DNA from: an uncultured Dehalococcoidales bacterium
Lineage (GTDB): Bacteria > Chloroflexota > Dehalococcoidia > GIF9 > AB-539-J10
Direction of reading: 5' to 3'
DNA: 43,651 nucleotides
NCBI GenBank assembly: GCA_964633085.1
Contig: CAZWDC010000019.1
Span: forward strand, 1 to 43,651
In this document: piece by piece, positions 1 to 6,703 of the stretch
Position numbering within the stretch: the first letter of the stretch is position 1
How the letters are laid out: the number at the start of each line of letters is the position of its first letter
Position numbers and translations under genes: made by a program
Notes under the pieces: generated by a model
Told to the model about the DNA's origin: nothing
The model's database searches: none
What the model saw: only the letters and a program-made list of their open reading frames with translations

Positions 1-184
1 GGAAAAGAGGATGATGTGCGATATACGCCTCGAGAGAGCCACGATGCTTTAACACAGAGTCAAGAGCTTTGTCCTTCAGATTACGCTGAGAGCGGATATA
101 TAAGTTTGTTTGCTTTACCGTAACCTCAAAAGAAACCAACCCGCTGTCCTTAATCCAGTGGCGATAGAAGCGTGGCTCAGACAT
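1..184 (-). CDS. UPF0280 / ApbE-like (COG2122-type) protein, N-terminal fragment; the gene runs off the left edge
   Basis: Not in the ORF track because there is no stop in the window. The minus-strand ATG at 184..182 opens MSEPRFYRHWIKDSGLVSFEVTVKQTNLYIRSQRNLKDKALDSVLKHRGSLEAYIAHHPLF. This resembles N-termini of UPF0280 proteins as I recall them from methanogens. It lies on the same strand directly downstream of the NIL-ferredoxin/DUF39 pair. Confidence 0.5.
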   Translation of the reverse strand, partial: MSEPRFYRHWIKDSGLVSFEVTVKQTNLYIRSQRNLKDKALDSVLKHRGSLEAYIAHHPLF

Positions 185-246
185 GCATTCTTCCCTTTCG
201 CAGAGCCTGCCCTTCTTGTCATTACGAGTCCCGATTTATCGGATGG

Positions 247-657
247 TTAAAAATACAATATCATCGCTCGAGGCGGGCAAGCCTTAACACAGAGTCCGCA
301 GACAACACACTTATTATGGTCAAAGAGCACTTTCCTGGTTTTGAGCTCCAGAGAGAAAGCCTCAGTGGGACAAATGGTGATACAAGCTCCACAATGAGTG
401 CACTGAGATTCATCGCGAACGACATCCTGGCTCAGGGACTGGATTTCCACCCCGGCCTCGGTGAGGTATTTGATGCCTTTGTCGTAGTTTTTCTGCTCAC
501 CGCTCAGCTCCAGGACCAGCAATCCTTCCTGTCCCGGTGATATTGAAGCTCTAAGGATATTGAAGGTGAGACCAAAATCTTTAACCAGGCGGTAAACAAC
601 CGGCTGTCCTGTTATATTAGGCGGAAAGTGGAGCACTATTCTTCTAGAAACATTCAT
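247..657 (-). CDS. NIL domain + 2x[4Fe-4S] ferredoxin domain protein, partner of the DUF39 homocysteine-synthesis protein
   Basis: 136 aa. The N-terminal NIL-like segment is IVLHFPPNITGQPVVYRLVKDFGLTFNILRASI. The C-terminal half has two Cys clusters, CTHCGACITICP and CVVCGLCVKACP. Confidence 0.8.
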   Translation of the reverse strand: MNVSRRIVLHFPPNITGQPVVYRLVKDFGLTFNILRASISPGQEGLLVLELSGEQKNYDKGIKYLTEAGVEIQSLSQDVVRDESQCTHCGACITICPTEAFSLELKTRKVLFDHNKCVVCGLCVKACPPRAMILYF

Positions 658-663
658 TTCTGC

Positions 664-761
664 AAAATCCTAAACTCTAATTCCTAAATCCTAAACAAAT
701 TCGAAATCCCAAATCCAAATCCTTCAGATTTAGGATTTGGTGCTTAGGATTTAGAGTTTTT
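664..761. repeat. Structured intergenic repeat, copy 1 (AAATCCTAAAC / GTTTAGGATTT family)
   Basis: An imperfect long hairpin is formed by three arm pairs: 672-677 aaactc with 754-759 gagttt, 685-694 taaatcctaa with 744-753 ttaggattta, and 715-722 ccaaatcc with 733-740 ggatttgg. It lies between two co-directional genes. Related copies are at 15046-15192 and 28375-28530. Confidence 0.6.
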
Positions 762-764
762 CCA

Positions 765-1967
765 TCATATTGGTCTCTCCTTAAGTGGCTTAAGAGTTAT
801 GCCTGACTCCGCCCCCGGCAAGGGAGCCACAGGCTCGGTAAGCAAAAACTCACCCCTTTCTATCCAGTTTTTCAAGATATTAGCAATTTCCACCGCTTTA
901 GGATAGCTAGACAAAGAAGCTGTAGGCACATCCTTTCCCTGAATCTTTATGTGACCGCTCTTCAATTCAGCATAGCTAACCTCTCCCAGAATATCTGGCT
1001 TCAGTTGGGGATAAGCATCGGAATAGTCCACCACAGGTGCCCAGATGTCAGCATCAGTTACTAAAGTGTAGCGCAGAATCTCCTCGGAAAGTATGGGTAT
1101 CGGGACACCTATACCCACGGTTAATGTGGCACCATAGCCCAGCATGCTTGTCCCCACCAACCACCCTGTCTTCATCTGCTTCAAATCTCCAATCACAGCC
1201 AGCGTCCCCGCCCCCCGCTTTGGCACACCGTTGTCTCCCCTGAGTGCACTGGGGTTATGCTGGGTGCCATGCCAGGCTACATAGCCTATGCCACCACCCA
1301 GGAAAATCTTCGTCCCCACACCTATGGTCTTATAATAGGGGTCGTTCAACAGCGGTGAGAGTTGCCCAGCACTACAATAGTTAGCATTTCCCAGACTCGG
1401 CTTGAGCACCCCCATATAAGTATAGATAACCTTATCGGAGAGGTTCACCGCCACATTGTAGTTCTGATAGGCATTCCTGATATTAAACAGAATAGCCTCA
1501 TTTATGTCCTTAATGTTGATGAGCGTCTCCAGCTTTTTCCGAGGATAGCAGTCTGTCCCGTAAGCCGTAGCCGTAAGCGTTATGTCGTTCCCCACTACTA
1601 GCTCCTCGATTTCATGCCCACCACCGTAATTGAACTCCCCGGGATAAAACTTATTCCTGGGGTCATCATCAGGAAGAGCAGTGGCTCCGAGGAAGATATC
1701 CACGGCAGCTATGCCAGTATAGACCGGAATATCATTAAGGTAAACTTTGCCGCCGCCCAACTTTATCCTGGGTTTGGTATGCCCAATATTAAGGAAAGCG
1801 CCAGACCCACACATGGGGCCGAAGGTGCCGGTGGTAACCACATCAATTTCTTCGGCTGCCCTCTTCACGCCTTTTTCCTTAGCGATGTCAATCACTTCCT
1901 CAGCAGTTACCACGACAGCTTTACCTTTTCTGATTTTCTCGTTGATTTCCGCTATTGTCTTGGCCAT
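765..1967 (-). CDS. DUF39 / COG1900 homocysteine biosynthesis protein (methanogen-type, sulfide-dependent route)
   Basis: The translation MAKTIAEINEKIRKGKAVVVTAEEVI...VVTTGTFGPMCGSGAFLNIGH is typical of the DUF39 family. The ORF track extends to 1994, but that start lies inside a REP-like element. I prefer the ATG at 1967 (MAKTIAEINEK). Confidence 0.85.
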   Translation of the reverse strand: MAKTIAEINEKIRKGKAVVVTAEEVIDIAKEKGVKRAAEEIDVVTTGTFGPMCGSGAFLNIGHTKPRIKLGGGKVYLNDIPVYTGIAAVDIFLGATALPDDDPRNKFYPGEFNYGGGHEIEELVVGNDITLTATAYGTDCYPRKKLETLINIKDINEAILFNIRNAYQNYNVAVNLSDKVIYTYMGVLKPSLGNANYCSAGQLSPLLNDPYYKTIGVGTKIFLGGGIGYVAWHGTQHNPSALRGDNGVPKRGAGTLAVIGDLKQMKTGWLVGTSMLGYGATLTVGIGVPIPILSEEILRYTLVTDADIWAPVVDYSDAYPQLKPDILGEVSYAELKSGHIKIQGKDVPTASLSSYPKAVEIANILKNWIERGEFLLTEPVAPLPGAESGITLKPLKERPI

Positions 1968-1989
1968 AACAATTTTCGCAATCATTCTT

Positions 1990-2070
1990 GTCATTCTGAG
2001 CGAAGGGAAGAATCCTTCGCCATGCTCAGGACGGCGTCTATAGACCCTTCACTATCGTTCAGGGTGACAG
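1990..2070. repeat. REP-like palindromic element (GTCATTCTGAGCGAAGG ... CCTTCGC ... GCTCAGGAC; TTCAGGGTGAC)
   Basis: Inverted repeats are 1996-2001 ctgagc with 2024-2029 gctcag, and 2000-2006 gcgaagg with 2014-2020 ccttcgc. A second module, gacccttcactatcgttcagggtgac, follows. Its translation artefact (VILSEGKNPSP) appears in ORF 1747..2043. Confidence 0.55.
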
Positions 2071-2095
2071 TTAAAATCCCCTCGAGTCAGTAACT

Positions 2096-2875
2096 CTAGC
2101 CTTGCCTAAGTAATTCCTTGGCTATCCGGGCAGCCTTTTTACCGGATAAAAGCATGCCACCGAAAACAGCTCCCATCCTCGGCGAACCAAAAACCGTGTT
2201 GGCGGTCATGCCGGCAACTATTAACCCAGGATAAACTTCCCTGGTATTTTTCAATATTTCCTTTTCCCCTTTCTCAGCCCACATGGGCTTCTCCCCCATC
2301 ACCTCCCCCGTCTTTGTCCTTAACTTCGGACCTAACTTCTTCACCACGATACGACAGACTTCAGCATCGTGCCCGGTGGCATCTACAGCCACCCTGCACC
2401 TTATAGTTAGAGGGTCCACATGCAGGTTCGACCAAGAGACTGCGCTCCAATTCAAAACCAACCCGCTCACTCTCTCATCTTCCCGAACCATCACATCTTC
2501 CACGCTAATCAAATTGAAGACTTTTGCCCCAGTTTTTATCGCCTTCGAGCAAATAGTGGAAATAGCCTCCAGAGAATCGGCAACATAATACCCTTTCTTA
2601 TACTCCTCAGCTGATACGCCAAATTCGTCCAGTATCCGCTTGCCTTCTTCCTGAATAACAATGCGGTTAAACATCATCCCTCCTCCAGGCATGCCACCGC
2701 CAATACGAAGCATCTTCTCAAATACCACCACCTTTATTCCTTCTTTCGCCAGGTAGTAGGCAGTGACCAGCCCGGATGGCCCTGCCCCAGCTACTGCCAC
2801 ATCCACCTCCATCGCCCCCATGAACTCTTTCAAGTAGCTTTCCACAATGGCACGAGAAATAACAACTTCATCCAT
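2096..2875 (-). CDS. thi4: Thi4-family thiazole synthase (ADP-thiazole synthase)
   Basis: 259 aa. It has an FAD/NAD dinucleotide-binding motif ([11 protein letters not shown]), plus GGGMMFN and [10 protein letters not shown] motifs characteristic of Thi4/THI1. Confidence 0.85.
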   Translation of the reverse strand: MDEVVISRAIVESYLKEFMGAMEVDVAVAGAGPSGLVTAYYLAKEGIKVVVFEKMLRIGGGMPGGGMMFNRIVIQEEGKRILDEFGVSAEEYKKGYYVADSLEAISTICSKAIKTGAKVFNLISVEDVMVREDERVSGLVLNWSAVSWSNLHVDPLTIRCRVAVDATGHDAEVCRIVVKKLGPKLRTKTGEVMGEKPMWAEKGEKEILKNTREVYPGLIVAGMTANTVFGSPRMGAVFGGMLLSGKKAARIAKELLRQG

Positions 2876-2939
2876 TTTCGGTTGGCCTCCATCTGGCTCA
2901 GCAAGCGACAGCTTCGAAGACGTGCTAGCTAGTATACCG

Positions 2940-3263
2940 TTATTGACAAGTATTGTCTAGCCACTTGAGATAATCCTCGCTGCCAGCGATAATCGGCAGG
3001 GCGATGATTTCCGGCACTTCATAACTGTGTATTCTTTTTACCAGCTCCGCTACCTCAGGAAACAGCGAGGCCCTGGTTTTAACCAGCAAGAGACTCTCCC
3101 GTGCTGACTCAAGCTTGCCCTGCCACCAGAAAAGCGAATTCACCCTGGGTACGATATTTACACAGGCAGCCTTTTTATGATTAACCAGCGACTTCGCAAT
3201 CTCATGAGCCTCTTCCTGGCTACTAGTAGTAATAAGCACAATTATCCTGTCTGTTTTCTTCAC
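2940..3263 (-). CDS. cutA: CutA1 divalent-cation tolerance protein
   Basis: 107 aa. [32 protein letters not shown] and [11 protein letters not shown] are typical of CutA. The start is GTG. Confidence 0.8.
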   Translation of the reverse strand: MKKTDRIIVLITTSSQEEAHEIAKSLVNHKKAACVNIVPRVNSLFWWQGKLESARESLLLVKTRASLFPEVAELVKRIHSYEVPEIIALPIIAGSEDYLKWLDNTCQ

Positions 3264-3268
3264 GATTC

Positions 3269-4183
3269 TCAGCCTATCCTGAGCATCTTGTCCACGGCAG
3301 ATTTGGCCCTGAGCTGAATTCCCTCAGGAACCTTTACCTCAGGACTCATCTCTTCCAAAGACCTCAAAACTTTCTCCAAAGTAATCAGTTTCATGTCGGG
3401 ACACACCGCCTGCTCAGAAGCAGGAATAAACTTCTTGCCGGGATTCTCTTTTTTAAGTCGGTGTAATATCCCAATCTCTGTGCCCACGACCATCTCTCTG
3501 ACATCACTTCGTCGGGCATACCGGCACATCCCACCTGTGCTGAGCACCTCATCGGCAAGGGCGATGACCTCTGGCACGCACTCCGGATGCACCACTACCT
3601 TGGCTTGAGGATACTCCTGCCTTAGCTCCCTTATCCTCTCAGGTCTTATCTGGACATGGATGGGGCAGAAGCCGGGCCAGAGAATCATCTTTCTACCTGT
3701 CTTGGTAGAGACATAATGCCCAAGATACTGGTCAGGGATAAATAATATTTCCCGAGCACCCAGGCTTTCTACGACCTTGACGGCATTAGCAGAGGTGCAG
3801 CAGATGTCGGACTCCGCCTTGACTTTGGCTGTGGAATTAATGTAGCAGACTACCACTGCTTGAGGATGTTCTTTTTTCTTCTCGCGCAGGCGCTCCGCGG
3901 TAATCATTTCCGCCATGAGACAGCCACAATCCATATCCGGCAGCAGAACCACCTTATCAGGACAGAGAATAGAGGCTGTTTCCGCCATGAAATGGACCCC
4001 ACAAAACACGATTACATCAGCGTTGGTTTTGGCAGCGTTCTGGCTTAGCTCTAAAGAATCTCCGACAAGGTCAGCTATATTCTGAACCTCACCCAACTGG
4101 TAGTTATGGGCCAGGATAACCGCATTCCTTTTTCCCTTGAGGTCCAGGATTTTCTCTATTAGCTCAGCATCCCTATCTGGCAT
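3269..4183 (-). CDS. nadA: Quinolinate synthase A
   Basis: 304 aa. The translation contains AVILAHNYQ and HFMAETA, with conserved Cys ligands (CxxC-type context, CPDMK). Confidence 0.9.
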   Translation of the reverse strand: MPDRDAELIEKILDLKGKRNAVILAHNYQLGEVQNIADLVGDSLELSQNAAKTNADVIVFCGVHFMAETASILCPDKVVLLPDMDCGCLMAEMITAERLREKKKEHPQAVVVCYINSTAKVKAESDICCTSANAVKVVESLGAREILFIPDQYLGHYVSTKTGRKMILWPGFCPIHVQIRPERIRELRQEYPQAKVVVHPECVPEVIALADEVLSTGGMCRYARRSDVREMVVGTEIGILHRLKKENPGKKFIPASEQAVCPDMKLITLEKVLRSLEEMSPEVKVPEGIQLRAKSAVDKMLRIG

Positions 4184-4189
4184 CCGTAG

Positions 4190-4462
4190 CTATCCTCCAG
4201 TGACGATAAACAAAATGTCAATCACGTCCCCGTCTTTCACCGGGGTAGTTAGCTCGTTAGGATAAGTGGATTCGGAGTTAAGAAGAATTTCACAATAAGG
4301 ACGTAGTTGACCTTTTTTATCACGAATCTGCTGTCTGATACCGGGGAACCGGCTTTCCAAGTTCTCCAGACATTCACCAGTGGTGCGCCCCGTCACCTCC
4401 ACTATCTCTTGCCCTCCTGTAAGGTGGTGCAGAAATGGATGAAGCCTCATCGTGATACTCAT
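4190..4462 (-). CDS. ThiS/MoaD-family ubiquitin-like sulfur carrier (C-terminal GG)
   Basis: The protein ends ...DILFIVTGG followed by the stop. The ATG at 4462 (MSITMRLHP...) lies 8 nt after an AAGGAGG Shine-Dalgarno and 2 nt after the ThiF-like stop. The track ORF (to 4495) is over-extended. Confidence 0.75.
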   Translation of the reverse strand: MSITMRLHPFLHHLTGGQEIVEVTGRTTGECLENLESRFPGIRQQIRDKKGQLRPYCEILLNSESTYPNELTTPVKDGDVIDILFIVTGG

Positions 4463-4464
4463 TT

Positions 4465-5238
4465 CTAGACCTCCTTTGTCCCGCAGACTTCGCAATCCGG
4501 GTTTCTTACCAGTTTGCAGAATGTGAACTCCATCGTCTCACCGTTGAAATACAACATCCTCTCTGTTAGCAAAGACCCGAACCCGGCCAGAAGTTTAATC
4601 GCTTCTGTCACCTGTAAGATGGCAACCAAGGCCGGGGTTACGCCAAAAACAGGGACTGCGCTTCTCCTGTGGGGAACCTCGGGAAAAATGCACGCCAGAC
4701 AGGGGGTTTTCCCCGGGAGTATAGTAATGACCTCACCAAAGAGCCCGTGAACACCTCCATGGACGAAGGGTATTCCTTCGGCAACGCAAGCCTTATTAAG
4801 AATCAATCTGGTCCTGAAGTCGTCCATCCCGTCTATCACCAAATTTGCCCCCTTGATAAGCTCCCGAGCGTTATGTTCAGTAATCTTTTTGAAGACAGGT
4901 GTAACCTTTATTGAAGAATTTAGTTTAGCCAGCTTCCGTGTTGCCGAGAAGGGCTTCCCCTCTCCAATATCTTCCTCATAATGCAGAACCTGCCGGTTTA
5001 AGTTAGAGAGTTCCACACGGTCACAGTCTATCAAGGTGACATGGCCTATGCCAGCACACGTGAGATACAGAGCGGCAGAGCATCCTAATCCACCAAGCCC
5101 GGCTACCACTACATGGGCCTGCTTGAGTTTTTTCTGTCCTTCTTCACCAAAGCCGGTATACAAAATCTGGCGTCCGTATCTAATCAAATCGTCCTTCGTT
5201 AACATGTGCCTGCCTTTATCTTCCAACCCCGCAATCAC
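4465..5238 (-). CDS. ThiF/MoeB/HesA-family E1-like adenylyltransferase
   Basis: Motifs are RYGRQIL, the GLGGLGC nucleotide loop, and two CxxC pairs (CLAC, CEVC) for structural zinc. The GTG at 5238 is the longest start. The ATG at 5205 (MLTKDDLIRYGRQ) is an equally plausible start. Confidence 0.85.
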   Translation of the reverse strand: MIAGLEDKGRHMLTKDDLIRYGRQILYTGFGEEGQKKLKQAHVVVAGLGGLGCSAALYLTCAGIGHVTLIDCDRVELSNLNRQVLHYEEDIGEGKPFSATRKLAKLNSSIKVTPVFKKITEHNARELIKGANLVIDGMDDFRTRLILNKACVAEGIPFVHGGVHGLFGEVITILPGKTPCLACIFPEVPHRRSAVPVFGVTPALVAILQVTEAIKLLAGFGSLLTERMLYFNGETMEFTFCKLVRNPDCEVCGTKEV

Positions 5239-5375
5239 ATGTCCTTATTATACACAATTAGCAGGTGGTAACCCTTGCTCAGAACCAGGATAGTGCCCCG
5301 ACTGGTAATCGGACCAACCAACTATTTACCTCCGGCATTTTGGAGCCGTGGCCGACTATATTGCAGTCTAGTTTC

Positions 5376-6125
5376 TCACTTATACGCCTTCACTGTAATG
5401 CTCAGAAACCTCGTCGGCGTCTGGCTTCTCTCGTCTTCTATGTAAAACTCTTTGCTGGACAACACCTGCACATCCTTGAAGCCAGCTTTCTTCATCTCTC
5501 TCAGGTATTGTTGTTGTTCCAAAGCCCCGGCGATACAACTTGCCCAAGCATTCAAGTCATTCCTTGTCCCATCAGGTATTGCTCGCTCCGAGACAATATC
5601 AGAAACCGTGAGCCTGCCCTTTGGCTTCAAGACCCGGTAAGCTTCCCGGAAGACCTTTGATTTATCTGGTGCCAGATTAATGACACAATTGCTGATAATG
5701 ATGTCCACAGACTCATCCTTGAGAGGGAGGTTCTCGATTTCTCCCAGGCGAAACTCCACGTTACGATAGCCATAATTTTTGGCGATTTCCTGTGCCTTAT
5801 CCACCATCTCCTTCGTCATATCAATCCCGATAACCTTGCCGGTGGGGCCAATTTTATTAGCTGCCAGGAATACATCTACCCCGGCTCCTGAGCCTAAATC
5901 CAGAACCACCTCACCTGTTCTTAGCTCTGCTAAAGCAGTGGGATTACCACACCCCAATCCCATAATCGCCTCTTCCGGGATATGCCCCAGATCATCTCTT
6001 GAGTATCCGATAGCTTCAGCTTGAACCGAGGCGTTTCCACAACTCGGACAGCAGCTTTGTTGGTCTCGCTTGGCTATCCGGGCATATCTACCCTTCACCA
6101 TTTTTTTGATTTCCTTCTCTTTCAT
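5376..6125 (-). CDS. arsM: Arsenite S-adenosylmethionine methyltransferase
   Basis: 249 aa. It has SCCPSCG, GLGCGNP, the SAM motif VLDLGSGAG and SNCVINL, which together form the ArsM Cys/SAM signature. It overlaps the arsR stop by 38 nt. Confidence 0.8.
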   Translation of the reverse strand: MKEKEIKKMVKGRYARIAKRDQQSCCPSCGNASVQAEAIGYSRDDLGHIPEEAIMGLGCGNPTALAELRTGEVVLDLGSGAGVDVFLAANKIGPTGKVIGIDMTKEMVDKAQEIAKNYGYRNVEFRLGEIENLPLKDESVDIIISNCVINLAPDKSKVFREAYRVLKPKGRLTVSDIVSERAIPDGTRNDLNAWASCIAGALEQQQYLREMKKAGFKDVQVLSSKEFYIEDERSQTPTRFLSITVKAYK

Positions 6126-6420
6126 GATTCACCTCCTGACATTTGCGCAGCGATAGCTCCTTCATTAGAGCTTCGCAATCAATAATTAACCTAGCTAATC
6201 TGGCATCCGCAAGCTTGTAGTAAACCTTCTGAGCTTCTTGCCTTTCTTTCACAATGTTGCATTCCCTAAGAGCCCTAAGGTGGTGCGAAATCAGGGATTG
6301 CTCTTTATTCAGAACGCTGGCGAGTTCCCCAACACGCCTCTCACCCTTAGCCAACAGCTTGAGTATCTGGAGTCTTGTCGGTTCCCATATGCACTTCAGA
6401 AATCTTGCTTGCTCTTCCAC
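6088..6420 (-). CDS. arsR: ArsR/SmtB-family metalloregulator
   Basis: 110 aa. It carries a winged HTH (PTRLQILKLLAKGERRVGELASVLNKEQSLISHHLRALRECNIV). The start is GTG. An operator and promoter lie immediately upstream. Confidence 0.85.
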   Translation of the reverse strand: MEEQARFLKCIWEPTRLQILKLLAKGERRVGELASVLNKEQSLISHHLRALRECNIVKERQEAQKVYYKLADARLARLIIDCEALMKELSLRKCQEVNHEREGNQKNGEG

Positions 6421-6427
6421 CAGCGGT

Positions 6428-6478
6428 ATATGAACTGCCGTTCATATGAATAGTAGCTCATCTATAAAGAATTGTCAA
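6428..6478 (-). promoter_or_regulatory. ars promoter with candidate ArsR operator
   Basis: Read on the minus strand: TTGACA (6478-6473), a 17-nt spacer, then TACTAT (6455-6450). A perfect 8-bp inverted repeat follows, ATATGAAC-tgcc-GTTCATAT (6428-6447), which ends 8 nt before the arsR start. Confidence 0.65.
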
Positions 6479-6630
6479 CGAATCTCAAAGGGGGCAGTAC
6501 CAGAGACATTTAACTGACTGGATGGAACGAGAGAAAAACAAAACTGAATGCTTAAATGCTGAGCGTGCTTTTCCAATCTCTGATGTTCCTTGAGCACGCA
6601 CTTATCCATAACCACCACCCGTCCAGCTTC
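6475..6630 (-). pseudogene. Possible degenerate C-terminal relic of an IS630/Tc1-type DDE transposase
   Basis: The minus-strand frame reads EAGRVVVMDKCVLKEHQRLEKHAQHLSIQFCFSLVPSSQLNVSGTAPFEIR*. This loosely follows the IS630 pattern hhhhDNxxxHk...(gene end) I.h.FLPpYSPeLNpiE. The match is weak and judged by eye only. Confidence 0.2.
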
Positions 6631-6703
6631 CTATCTCGACGAGAGTAGAATAGAGAGACAACTTTACTCCTCATCCAGCAATGTGTCTCTCTGCTAAGCC
6701 CTG

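Noticed and set aside
172-540. Many track ORFs lie antisense to, or out of frame with, strongly supported genes. Examples are 172..540, 1037..1243, 1614..2093, 7100..7393, 8544..8849, 10319..10591, 22669..23109, 30528..30935, 34574..35506 and 39463..39831.
   Set aside because: They overlap genes with clear family signatures and have low-complexity or repeat-derived translations. They lack start-site signals and are shadow ORFs.
664-761. The AAATCCTAAAC repeats might be a CRISPR array or telomere-like CCCTAAA repeats.
   Set aside because: The units are degenerate and contiguous, without unique spacers of regular length. The two halves are mutually complementary, forming a hairpin element. No cas genes are present. 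The telomere resemblance is only a short coincidental word.
2876-2939. A TPP riboswitch might lie upstream of thi4.
   Set aside because: The spacer is only 64 nt and lacks the conserved CUGAGA / ACCUGAUCUGGAUAAUGCCAGCG-type elements. It contains just an SD (GGAGG).
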